Shown here: in pieces, positions 1 through 9,065 of the stretch
How the letters are laid out: every line of letters begins with the position of its first letter
Position numbering within the stretch: position 1 is the first letter of the stretch
NCBI GenBank assembly: GCA_964610445.1
Contig: CAZSVV010000003.1
Location: 14,137-71,417, forward strand
DNA from: an uncultured Pseudomonadales bacterium
Lineage (GTDB): Bacteria; Patescibacteriota; Microgenomatia; UBA1400; UBA12108
DNA length: 57,281 bases
Direction of reading: 5' to 3'
The notes under the pieces: model-generated
The model's database searches: none
Told to the model about the DNA's origin: nothing
Seen by the model: the letters and a program-made list of their open reading frames with translations, nothing else
Program-made: the position numbers and the translations under genes

Positions 1-1
1 G

Positions 2-328
2 TATCTACCAGTTTGGATGGATGATTTTCCGACAACTTCGAGTGAGGACGGACTCACTCATACTACTACCGCGGTTAGAGGAAAAATAATTAGTACAGAT
101 CTCATACCAATTACAATTAAGACCGCCTACATGCCACATTGGAAGCTCACACTAAACGGCTATCCGACAGATATTATCCCAAACAAAGACGGTACTATCC
201 GTACTCATGCTGTGATCCCGCCAGGGGAGTACGAGGTAGAACTTACCTGGCACAAGACTAATCTCGAAAAAATAGGGGTAGTAATCAGTCTCTTCACCAT
301 ATTAATTGTGCTAGGATTAGCGCTATGA
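2..328 (+). CDS. 3' end of a polytopic membrane protein (YfhO/COG5617-like), 5'-truncated by the window edge
   Basis: The frame is open from nt 2 to the TGA at 326-328, so the listed ATG at 17 is probably internal. 'AYMPHWKLTLNGYP...PPGEYEVELTW' plus one terminal hydrophobic helix parallels the C-terminus of the 13023..14672 product ('YYPGWSVNMDKSKNIP...GVHEYEITM' plus terminal helix). Confidence 0.55.
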   Translation, partial: YLPVWMDDFPTTSSEDGLTHTTTAVRGKIISTDLIPITIKTAYMPHWKLTLNGYPTDIIPNKDGTIRTHAVIPPGEYEVELTWHKTNLEKIGVVISLFTILIVLGLAL

Positions 329-1782
329 AAGATGTCTTTACTACCGTCAAACAAAAAGCCCTCCGTGGGGTATTTACTCTAACTTTTCGTAGACTCCTAC
401 TCAAAGTAATAGATACGGTAGGTATTATTTATCTGGCTCGGCTACTCCCTCAAGAATCTTTTGGAGTCTTTGCCATTATCAGTTTTGTTGTCTTTACTTT
501 TCTCTCATTCTTCTCTGATGTTGGGCTCGGTGCCGCTCTTATCCAAAAAGAAAAAATCGAGGACGATGATCTCAAAACTACTTTTACTGTCCAGCAGATC
601 CTAGTCACAGTCCTGCTAGTAGTCGCTTTCTTTGCCGCCACGCCTCTAGCTAGTTTTTACAACTTGGGTAACGAAGGAATATGGCTGATCCGGATGCTTA
701 GCCTCTCACTCTTTATAACTTCTTTCAAAACAATACCTTCAATTCTACTAGAGCGTGATCTCCGCTTTGAGCTCTTAGTGATCCCTGAGGTCATCGAGAC
801 TGTGACCTACAATGTGGTCGCTGTAGTTATGGCTTCATCAGGCTACGGTGTCTGGAGTTTGGTCGTCGCAGTTGTTGCTCGTACACTCTTTGGCGCTATT
901 GCACTCTCCATTATCAAGCCCTGGCCGATCGGCTACCGACTAGCCAAAAATAGTATCCATGACCTGCTTCATTTTGGGGTGCCCTATCAGCTCAACTCAG
1001 TGCTCGCTCTCCTCAAAGACAATCTTGCTCCGACCGTGATCGCACTGTGGTATGGACCCGCTGCCGTTGCCTATGTTAACTTGGCCCAAAACATTAGTAG
1101 TCGGCCACTAGAGCTCTCAACCATCGTCTCCCGCATTACTTTCCCGACCTATTCTCGTATTCAGGGTGACACAGTTAGGCTTAAGAGCTGGATCGAAAAA
1201 TCTATCCATCTCATGGCCACACTTTACTTTCCCGCAATTATTGGACTCCTCGTAACCGCGGAGCCTATTCTTCGCTACCTCTATGCCGACAAAAGCGACA
1301 AGTGGCTCCCTGCCTTAACTACTCTCATCTTTTTCTTGCTCGCTGCCGTCCCAGTCTTTATTACGACGACCTATACCAATGCACTCTACGCGCTCGGTCG
1401 CCCCAAGGTAGTGCTACGCCTCATGGTTCTCTATACCATCCTCACCTGGGGCATTGGCGTGCCACTTATTAGATTGGTTGGCTATAGTGGTATAGCAATT
1501 ACTGTTGCCATTATCACTTACTTGACCATCCCATTAGTTGTCCACGAGATTAACAAGCTAGTGCGTCTCGATACCTGGGAGATGGTCAAGCGACCACTCC
1601 TTGCGAGCATTATCATGGGTGGCGCTACTTATCTGGGAGTGACTACATTTGTGTCTAGCCTACTGACGCTCGTTATAGCAATTCTATTGGGTGGACTACT
1701 CTACTGTGTACTTGTTTATGCACTCGATCACAAAATGCTTAAGGCCGAGCTGGTCAAAGTCTGGCATACTCTGAGACACTAG
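325..1782 (+). CDS. Wzx-like oligosaccharide/polysaccharide flippase (MOP superfamily)
   Basis: 485 aa and highly hydrophobic, with about 12-14 helices. The N-terminal region 'ARLLPQESFGVFAIISFVVFTFLSFFSDVGLGAALIQKE' is typical of Wzx/RfbX-type polysaccharide biosynthesis proteins. ATGA overlap with the upstream gene. Confidence 0.75.
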   Translation: MKDVFTTVKQKALRGVFTLTFRRLLLKVIDTVGIIYLARLLPQESFGVFAIISFVVFTFLSFFSDVGLGAALIQKEKIEDDDLKTTFTVQQILVTVLLVVAFFAATPLASFYNLGNEGIWLIRMLSLSLFITSFKTIPSILLERDLRFELLVIPEVIETVTYNVVAVVMASSGYGVWSLVVAVVARTLFGAIALSIIKPWPIGYRLAKNSIHDLLHFGVPYQLNSVLALLKDNLAPTVIALWYGPAAVAYVNLAQNISSRPLELSTIVSRITFPTYSRIQGDTVRLKSWIEKSIHLMATLYFPAIIGLLVTAEPILRYLYADKSDKWLPALTTLIFFLLAAVPVFITTTYTNALYALGRPKVVLRLMVLYTILTWGIGVPLIRLVGYSGIAITVAIITYLTIPLVVHEINKLVRLDTWEMVKRPLLASIIMGGATYLGVTTFVSSLLTLVIAILLGGLLYCVLVYALDHKMLKAELVKVWHTLRH

Positions 1783-1798
1783 GCTACAATTAGGTTCT

Positions 1799-2701
1799 AT
1801 GACCAGTAGTCTTGCTATTGTTTTTATCGTTTATAACCAATCCAAACTCCTAAATAGTTCTCTCAAACTATTATCAGGTCTCAAGCATGAGCTCCACGTG
1901 GCAGATCTAGGTAGTACCGAGGATGTAGAGAGTGTCGCCAAAGCTATAGGAGCCGAGTATCACCGACTGCCTTACACTAGTGTGGTTGAGATGGTTAGGA
2001 GCCAAGTTTTTGACTTAATCAGTACCGACTATATCCTGTATCTCGATGGTGACGAGTCAGTCACACCAACTCTTATTAACAAGCTAGTCGAGCTATCTGA
2101 GGGTGGGGTGGACTACGTCCGTATTCCTAGACAAAATTATATATTTAACAACTGGGTCCAGGCTAGTCGCTGGTGGCCTGATTACCAGGTTCGCTTCTTC
2201 AAAAAAGGTATGGTCACTTTCCCGACCACTCTCCACTCAGAACCAGTCGTCAATGGTCGTGAGGTAGTGCTACCAGCAACCGCTGAACTTTCGATCAAGC
2301 ATCTCAACTATCAATCACTAGACGAGTGGCTAGAAAAGAACCAACGCTACGCTCGGACTGATGCACAAGATCGTCTAAAAAGTGGGGAAGAATTTAGTAT
2401 TTTCACTGCTACTCGTCTCTCAGTCTCTGAGTTAGTGAGTCGCTTTTTTGCAGGATCTGGTTATGCCGACGGGATGCACGGGCTAGTCCTGAGCATCCTC
2501 CAGTCTTTCTATTATTTCCTCGTTTACGCCTACTACTGGGAAGGCAAAAAGTATGAGAGTAGCCTCTCTGTGGGTGAGGTCAAATCAGTGCCACGCATTT
2601 GGTTCTCCCACGGACTCTCTGAGATTTTGTTTTGGGACAAACAGGACACTGGATTGATTAATAAGATCAAGGGTAAGCTCAAGCGAAAGTTATTAGCATG
2701 A
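1799..2701 (+). CDS. Glycosyltransferase family 2 (GT-A fold; LPS-core beta-glycosyltransferase-like subgroup)
   Basis: It has the N-terminal strand 'LAIVFIVYNQ' and the DxD-type motif 'LYLDGDE'. The C-terminal 'NQRYARTDA' and 'GYADGMHG' motifs are shared with the 5002.. and 12194.. paralogs. Confidence 0.7.
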   Translation: MTSSLAIVFIVYNQSKLLNSSLKLLSGLKHELHVADLGSTEDVESVAKAIGAEYHRLPYTSVVEMVRSQVFDLISTDYILYLDGDESVTPTLINKLVELSEGGVDYVRIPRQNYIFNNWVQASRWWPDYQVRFFKKGMVTFPTTLHSEPVVNGREVVLPATAELSIKHLNYQSLDEWLEKNQRYARTDAQDRLKSGEEFSIFTATRLSVSELVSRFFAGSGYADGMHGLVLSILQSFYYFLVYAYYWEGKKYESSLSVGEVKSVPRIWFSHGLSEILFWDKQDTGLINKIKGKLKRKLLA

Positions 2702-3588
2702 AAAAGCTAAAAAAAATCAAACATGCTGTAGTGCTCATCAACTACCAAGATGCCAAAACTACCGCAAATTGTGTTAATTCAATAAACAAGTCTAAGGATA
2801 CTCCACACATTATCGTAGTTGATAATGGTAGCAGCGACGATTGTATTGGTGAGCTAAAAAAACTCTGTCCCAACCTAGATCTAGTTCTAGCTGGTCGCAA
2901 CCTAGGCTTTTCTGCTGGTAATAATATCGGCATCAAAAAAGCACTGAGGTTAGGTGCGCAGGTCGTCTATATACTCAACAATGATACGCTGGTAGATCCC
3001 AATTTATTTTTTAGAGCTTACCGCTATGTTTCTGGCAAGGCGCGTATCGCAGGTGCCAAGATTTATTATGCCAAAGGATATGAGTATCATGAAGAGTCCA
3101 AAGGGGCAGGGAATATCCTCTGGTATGCTGGGGGATACTTTGATTCTGGTATGGCAACTGCTAGGCACTACGGGATCGACAAACTGGACGATGGGCAGTA
3201 TGAAAAGATTAGACCAGTCGAGTTTGTGACTGGCTGCTTTATGGCTATTCCTCGAGTGGTATTTAACAAAATAGGCAACTTTAGCGAAGAGTATTTCCTC
3301 TATTTAGAAGACACCGATTACAGTTTGCGTGCGCTAAAATATGGGATCGAACTCATGTATAACCCGAGCCTAGTCTTATACCATCTAAACGGTGGCAGTA
3401 CGAGTGCAGGTAGCAAACTAGTCGATTACTACATGACCCGCAATCGCTTTTTAATCGCCAAACGCTTTGGCAGTATTAGGCTCAGATTTGCACTATTTAG
3501 AGAAGGGTTGCGTAACTGGTCTAACCCTATCAGACGACAGGCATTTATTGATTATCTCCTCGGCCGACTAGGTAGTAAGAGTCTATGA
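2698..3588 (+). CDS. Glycosyltransferase family 2
   Basis: Motifs 'IIVVDNGSSDD', 'GFSAGNNIG', 'ILNNDT' and 'LEDTDYSLR' are present. ATGA overlaps at both ends. Confidence 0.85.
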   Translation: MKKLKKIKHAVVLINYQDAKTTANCVNSINKSKDTPHIIVVDNGSSDDCIGELKKLCPNLDLVLAGRNLGFSAGNNIGIKKALRLGAQVVYILNNDTLVDPNLFFRAYRYVSGKARIAGAKIYYAKGYEYHEESKGAGNILWYAGGYFDSGMATARHYGIDKLDDGQYEKIRPVEFVTGCFMAIPRVVFNKIGNFSEEYFLYLEDTDYSLRALKYGIELMYNPSLVLYHLNGGSTSAGSKLVDYYMTRNRFLIAKRFGSIRLRFALFREGLRNWSNPIRRQAFIDYLLGRLGSKSL

Positions 3589-5015
3589 TCAAACTAGAGA
3601 TCAATATTCTAAAAAAGATTACTGCAGTCTTTTTGGTAGTGACTACACTTCTGCTTTACCACAACCTCGGGCGGGATTATCTCTTTGATTGGGACGAGAG
3701 CATCTATGCACAGCTGGGTATAGAGCAGACCACAGGCAACTTACTGACTCCTACCTGGAATGGCGACCTTTGGCTCGAAAAACCTCCACTTATCGCTCAC
3801 TTAACTGCACTCGGATCAAGCCTTTCTACAGATAGAGAGCTAGGGGCGAGGCTATTTATCCCTGTCGCCACACTGATAACCCTAGTCTCAGTCTATGTGA
3901 TAGGAGCACATCTTGGTGGCCCTATCACAGGCTCAGTGGGTGCGATCATGCTTATGTACTTTGAGCTCTTTATTGGTCGCAGTCGAAGTGTAAATACCGA
4001 CATTTTTTTGCTAGCTGGTCTCACTCTCGCAGTGGCTCTAATCCTCAAAAACCGTAAACCCTATTCAGTAGCACTCGCACTCACTCTCGCAATCGCTGCC
4101 AAAGGCCCCGCAGGCCTTCTAGCAATTCTGATTACTCTGCCACTCTTTCTCAACAAGTCAAGAAAATACTTTCTGATTTCGTGTTTCTACATTCTGATTT
4201 ATGTTCTCCCCTGGCATCTCTATCAGCTACTAGTTAATGGCGCCGATTTTTATACCCCATATCTCCTAGAGCAAGTTATCAGGCGCGCTACAGTCCCTAT
4301 CGAGTTTCATATGGAGTCTCGTTGGTTTTATTTTGTACATTTATATCGCGACTTAGGTCTAGGGATCATATTTGCTTCGGCTCTCGGACTACTCGCCACG
4401 TTTAAGAAAAAGAGCTATCTCCTGATATGGTGGGTACTATTACCTCTCGCACTCTTTACGATAGCTAAGACTCGGTTGTCTTGGTATATCCTGCCAGTCT
4501 ATCCAGCTATTGCCTTATCTATTGGTTATATTTTTGAGTACCTAGTAGCTCTAATTGACAAAAAATCCAGGATCCTCGTTGCTACTACGCTAGTAACACT
4601 TTTTGCTCTCCAATCACTCATCCACCTAGCAAGTGTTACTGAGTTTAAGAGGAGAGAGACTACCTATCCCGACCATGTTAGTATCGCGCTCTCACTAGCT
4701 AATCAACATGAGTCTAGTATCGCATTCTTGGTGAGCACTAGTGAGCGGACAGCCGAAGCCATCCTCCCCAAAGATCAGAGGTTAAGCAGTAGCTTTCGCT
4801 ATGGTGGCGCGCCATCAGTCGTTTTTTATAGTGGCAAGCATGTTGCCTACTACTACAATTACGACGATTTTATATCAGATCTCAATGAGGGGGTTCATGA
4901 GTTAGCAGTTGTGACAGAGGGTGACCAGGACAAAATCCCAAGCAATTTTAAACAGATCAAAAATATAGGTGGCTACTACGCTTATCAGAAAGAAAGTACT
5001 TATGCTAACCGTTAG
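3585..5015 (+). CDS. GT-C fold membrane glycosyltransferase, PMT/ArnT-like
   Basis: 476 aa and polytopic. The acidic motif 'FDWDESIYAQ' follows TM1, then 'WLEKPPL'. There is a non-hydrophobic C-terminal domain. Confidence 0.7.
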   Translation: MIKLEINILKKITAVFLVVTTLLLYHNLGRDYLFDWDESIYAQLGIEQTTGNLLTPTWNGDLWLEKPPLIAHLTALGSSLSTDRELGARLFIPVATLITLVSVYVIGAHLGGPITGSVGAIMLMYFELFIGRSRSVNTDIFLLAGLTLAVALILKNRKPYSVALALTLAIAAKGPAGLLAILITLPLFLNKSRKYFLISCFYILIYVLPWHLYQLLVNGADFYTPYLLEQVIRRATVPIEFHMESRWFYFVHLYRDLGLGIIFASALGLLATFKKKSYLLIWWVLLPLALFTIAKTRLSWYILPVYPAIALSIGYIFEYLVALIDKKSRILVATTLVTLFALQSLIHLASVTEFKRRETTYPDHVSIALSLANQHESSIAFLVSTSERTAEAILPKDQRLSSSFRYGGAPSVVFYSGKHVAYYYNYDDFISDLNEGVHELAVVTEGDQDKIPSNFKQIKNIGGYYAYQKESTYANR

Positions 5016-5772
5016 TACCCAGATAGCAAAAGAAGATGACTTATCGGTGTTTGCACGCATGCTAGATAGTGTTAGTTTTGCTGACGAGCTCCTTATCTTT
5101 AACATGGATCGTGACGATAGCGAGGCAAAAAAGCTTTTCTCCAAATACCGTGCACGGGTCATAAATATCAAAACTCCCAAGGTTGTCGAGGAGATCAGAC
5201 AGAGTCAGATCAAAGAGTGCAAATCTGAGTGGGTACTAGTTATGGACTACGACGAAGTTATTCCAGAAATACTTGCTCAAGAAATCAAAAGCATTACCAA
5301 CTCAAAGAAGAAAACATTCAACGCCTACTACATAACTCGCCGCAACTATTCACTTGGTTATCCACTAAAGCACGGCGGCTTTGGCGATGATCTCGTACCC
5401 CGTTTATTCTATAAGTCTGACTTTGTTAGTTGGCCCAAAGAGATCCACGGGATGCCAAAAGTAAATGGCGAGCTCGGAAATCTTGTGAACCCAATGGAGC
5501 ACCACAAAGATGCGAGCCTCGCGCAGATGGTCGCAAAAACTAACAGATATACCGATGTCGAGGCTCGACAGTTTTTTGAGGCAGGAGTTGATCGTGTTAC
5601 CCAACTAACTTTACTTCGCAAAACTATCATGGAGTTTATCAGGCGCTACATTCTCAAAGCCGGCTTCCTCGATGGCAGGATTGGCATAATCCAGGCTCTT
5701 TATCAGAGTTATGCCATCTATCTGCGCTACGCTAAGCTCTACGAACTCCAAAATCAAAAAGGGTCCAAATGA
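5002..5772 (+). CDS. Glycosyltransferase family 2 (same subgroup as 1799.. and 12194..)
   Basis: 'VMDYDEV' acidic motif plus C-terminal 'TNRYTDVEA' and 'GFLDGRIG'. Start chosen at the ATG at 5002 (14-nt overlap). The listed ORF start at 4969 (47-nt overlap) is an alternative. Confidence 0.7.
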   Translation: MLTVSTQIAKEDDLSVFARMLDSVSFADELLIFNMDRDDSEAKKLFSKYRARVINIKTPKVVEEIRQSQIKECKSEWVLVMDYDEVIPEILAQEIKSITNSKKKTFNAYYITRRNYSLGYPLKHGGFGDDLVPRLFYKSDFVSWPKEIHGMPKVNGELGNLVNPMEHHKDASLAQMVAKTNRYTDVEARQFFEAGVDRVTQLTLLRKTIMEFIRRYILKAGFLDGRIGIIQALYQSYAIYLRYAKLYELQNQKGSK

Positions 5773-6806
5773 AAAAAGCTCTAATAGTCTCCCCTTACTT
5801 AGATCACTTAGGAGGAGGGGAGCGCTACATGCTCACCTGTGCGAGCTCGCTAGAGTCGCTAGGTTACCAAGTAAGTATCGGCTGGGACAACCTGGAGTCG
5901 ATAAATAATATCTGTCGCATGCTCTCCATAGAGCTAAAAAATCCTGTCTTAGTCCCAAAGATTAGAGAGCTATACCATAGTCACAACCCACTCGCTATGT
6001 TTATGGCCACCAGGGGATACGATGTCGTAGTTTATCTCTCCGACGGCTCCATTCCCACACTCGGTGGCAAGGTCAATCTGCTCCATATGCAGGTACCATT
6101 TCACAATGTAAATGGATCTAGCTATAAGAATAAGCTCAAACTAAAAACTATAAATAGAGTTATCGTCAATTCCAACTTTACCAAGAAAATTGTGGACCAA
6201 GAATATGACATCAATTCGTTTGTTCTATATCCGCCAGTAAGTGCTCACAACAATATACTTACAAAAGAAAAAATCATCCTCTCGGTTGGTCGCTTTGAGC
6301 CATCCCTCAACGTCAAAAAACAGGATGTGCTTATCAACGCATTTAAAAAATTGTCAGCAACTCTTACAGACTGGAAACTAGTTCTGGTCGGAGGGAGTGT
6401 CGAGGATAACTGGATCAAAGAACTCAAAAATCAGGCTACAGGTTATAACATTGATATCCTACCGAACACTCCGAGCGATACCCTCGTAGATCTGTATAGC
6501 CGAGCTAGTATCTACTGGCACGCAGCAGGCTATGGGGTAGACGAGGCTAAGAGCCCCGATCTGGTCGAACATTTTGGCATAAGCACAGTCGAAGCGATCG
6601 CCTCCCGTACACTCCCGCTAGTGTATAAAGCCGGCGGTCAGACCGAGATCGTCAAACATGATGATCTGCTATGGACTACCGAGGATGAACTAAAAAACAA
6701 AACGATCAAGCTTGCAACACATAGCTTTGGCGACTACGAGAGTACACTCGATATTGCTAGCTTTTCAGAATCAGCTTTTACAAACACTCTAAAGTCATTG
6801 TTATGA
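5769..6806 (+). CDS. Glycosyltransferase family 4 (GT-B fold)
   Basis: 'VEHFGISTVEAIAS' is an E-x7-E type motif. 'ILSVGRFEPSLNVKKQDVLINAF' is a typical GT4 C-domain start. ATGA overlaps at both ends. Confidence 0.8.
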   Translation: MKKALIVSPYLDHLGGGERYMLTCASSLESLGYQVSIGWDNLESINNICRMLSIELKNPVLVPKIRELYHSHNPLAMFMATRGYDVVVYLSDGSIPTLGGKVNLLHMQVPFHNVNGSSYKNKLKLKTINRVIVNSNFTKKIVDQEYDINSFVLYPPVSAHNNILTKEKIILSVGRFEPSLNVKKQDVLINAFKKLSATLTDWKLVLVGGSVEDNWIKELKNQATGYNIDILPNTPSDTLVDLYSRASIYWHAAGYGVDEAKSPDLVEHFGISTVEAIASRTLPLVYKAGGQTEIVKHDDLLWTTEDELKNKTIKLATHSFGDYESTLDIASFSESAFTNTLKSLL

Positions 6807-8149
6807 AAAAAATACTAAATTCTATACTGCCAATAGGCATCATAATCCTGGCCTTATTTTTTAGGTTAAATAATGTTAGTTATCAGGCTCCTTTTGACTG
6901 GGATCAGAACCGTGACTACCAAGAAGTGGCCAAGATCGCCTCAGGCAAGCTAACTCTCATTGGTCCAGTTGCCCGCGGTGAGGGAGGGTTTTTCCTTGGT
7001 CCGCTATATTACTATCTCTTAACTCCATCCTTTATCCTAACAGGCGGAGATCCACTAGCACTTCCTATTACGAGCATCATGTTAGATGTTTTCTCAATAA
7101 TGCTAATCCTCTACTTAGGCAAGTATCTGGGGAATACCAAATTTGGCTACATCTTTGCACTTATCTACGCACTCTCTCCGAGTACGGTAGATGCCGCTCG
7201 AGTGTCATGGAACGTCGCACTTTTACCTCTCTGGATCATCTCGATGCTCCTCTTTTTGGTCAAGCCAAAATACAATAAAATTGACCTGTTCCTCGGTGGG
7301 CTACTACTTGGTTCTAGCTGGCATATCCATGCAGCACTGATTCCTCTTGGCGTTATCATGATCCTCTCCCGCTACCGCACGATCCCCTTATTTTCTCTGC
7401 GTTTTTTGTGGCTAATACTAGGATACCTGATCATGCTCCCACCGCTCATTCTGTTTGACATCAGACACGTAGGGTTACAGTCTAGCTTGATCTCTGACAT
7501 GGTGACTGCTCAAAATGAATCTCGCTCCGCACTCCCACTGCTACTAGATTCAGTTTTGTCGCGCTTTGGCAAAAATCTCTCTAGCTTCTTTGGTGGTCCT
7601 AGTGATCTCAATCTCTCGCTCGGTCTCGTTGGTCTCGCTATCTCTATTGCTGCGATCATTCGTGGCAACATCGTAATCCGTCTGTCAGGACTCGCGATTA
7701 TTACCAACCTCACACTTGTCATCCTCTTGGGTATCGTTGGTTTTCCCGAGTACTATTTAGCGGCTGCGACGATCAGTATAGTCTTGATCCTAGCTTATAT
7801 CCTCTCCACTCACTGGGTAGGGACAGTCGTAGCTCTTTCTCTCTCGCTCTTTTTACTCACCTCTCAAAGGGCTAATCCTGGTCCATTTACGCTCGGTCGC
7901 AAGCTAGATCTAGTTTCTGAGATTGCCAAGAATGATACTGTCCACAAAGTACTCTATGATCTACCATACGGGCGGGACAGTGGTCTACCAGTATTACTTA
8001 AGCGTAGTGGTGTCCTGCCAAGTAGCGAGGGTAGGGTAATCTATATGATTAGTGAAAAAACCGACCCCTCATTGTTTATCGAAGGAGAGTTAGCTAGCGA
8101 AGTTGGTTGGTATGGTGGATTTAGATTAGTTAAGCGAGAGTTACAATAA
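6803..8149 (+). CDS. Polytopic membrane protein, probable GT-C glycosyltransferase
   Basis: 448 aa with at least 10 hydrophobic helices. The acidic loop 'PFDWDQNRDYQ' follows TM1, and the C-terminal domain is soluble. Confidence 0.5.
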   Translation: MKKILNSILPIGIIILALFFRLNNVSYQAPFDWDQNRDYQEVAKIASGKLTLIGPVARGEGGFFLGPLYYYLLTPSFILTGGDPLALPITSIMLDVFSIMLILYLGKYLGNTKFGYIFALIYALSPSTVDAARVSWNVALLPLWIISMLLFLVKPKYNKIDLFLGGLLLGSSWHIHAALIPLGVIMILSRYRTIPLFSLRFLWLILGYLIMLPPLILFDIRHVGLQSSLISDMVTAQNESRSALPLLLDSVLSRFGKNLSSFFGGPSDLNLSLGLVGLAISIAAIIRGNIVIRLSGLAIITNLTLVILLGIVGFPEYYLAAATISIVLILAYILSTHWVGTVVALSLSLFLLTSQRANPGPFTLGRKLDLVSEIAKNDTVHKVLYDLPYGRDSGLPVLLKRSGVLPSSEGRVIYMISEKTDPSLFIEGELASEVGWYGGFRLVKRELQ

Positions 8150-8153
8150 ATCT

Positions 8154-9065
8154 ATGACAAAACAATTCGCTTCCTCCATCTCAGTAGCCATTCCTTCTTG
8201 GAATAGCGCAAAACAACTCAAGAAAAACTTGCCATCAGTAATTAGTGCTGCCAAAAGAGTTAATGCCGAGATAATCATTGTCGATGACGCGAGTCAGGAT
8301 GACTCAGTCTCTGTGATCAAAGGAGATTGGGGTTATCCGATCAAGCTAGTCGTCAATGAGACCAACTTGGGTTATGGAGAGACCATCAACCGAGCCGTCT
8401 CACTCGCTCAATCAGACTTAGTAATTATCTTAAATACTGATGTCTCGCTAAGCGTTGATTGTATAGAAAAATCAATTCCATATTTTGAGGATCCTACTGT
8501 CTTTGCGCTTGGCTTAAACTCTGGCGAGGGTTACATGCGGGTAAAATGGGAGAGGGGTTTATTTCATCATTTCAAAGGTATTACTGGAGTTGAGGATGAG
8601 AGTGTCACACCGTTTAGTCTCTGGGCATCAGGCGGCCAGAGTGTAATTAGACGCTCTTATTGGCGTAAGCTCGGTGGGATGTGTCCACTCTACAAGCCAT
8701 TTTACTGGGAAGACACAGACCTGGGCTACGCTGCCTGGAAGAGGGGATGGAAAATAATCTGGGGACGTGACTGTCACTGTGTCCATGATCACGAGTCTAG
8801 CGTGATTGCTGGTAGCTTTAGCAAGAGTGATGTCATGGATATTGCCCAGCGCAACCAATTCCTCTTTGTCTGGAAGAATATTAGTGATCCAGGACTACTT
8901 CTGACTCATTTACTCTATTTACCAGTTTATCTTCTCCGTTATCCCAAAACTCTGATCTCTGCACTGAGGCTACTACCAGATGCGCTTTATTATCGCAAAC
9001 TGCAGTCGCAGTACTGGACCAAGCGAGATCAGGATATACTAGCCATATGGAGAGCCTCAAAGTGA
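8154..9065 (+). CDS. Glycosyltransferase family 2
   Basis: Motifs 'IIIVDDASQDDS', 'LGYGETINR', 'ILNTDV' and 'YWEDTDLGYAAWKRGW' are present. Confidence 0.8.
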   Translation: MTKQFASSISVAIPSWNSAKQLKKNLPSVISAAKRVNAEIIIVDDASQDDSVSVIKGDWGYPIKLVVNETNLGYGETINRAVSLAQSDLVIILNTDVSLSVDCIEKSIPYFEDPTVFALGLNSGEGYMRVKWERGLFHHFKGITGVEDESVTPFSLWASGGQSVIRRSYWRKLGGMCPLYKPFYWEDTDLGYAAWKRGWKIIWGRDCHCVHDHESSVIAGSFSKSDVMDIAQRNQFLFVWKNISDPGLLLTHLLYLPVYLLRYPKTLISALRLLPDALYYRKLQSQYWTKRDQDILAIWRASK

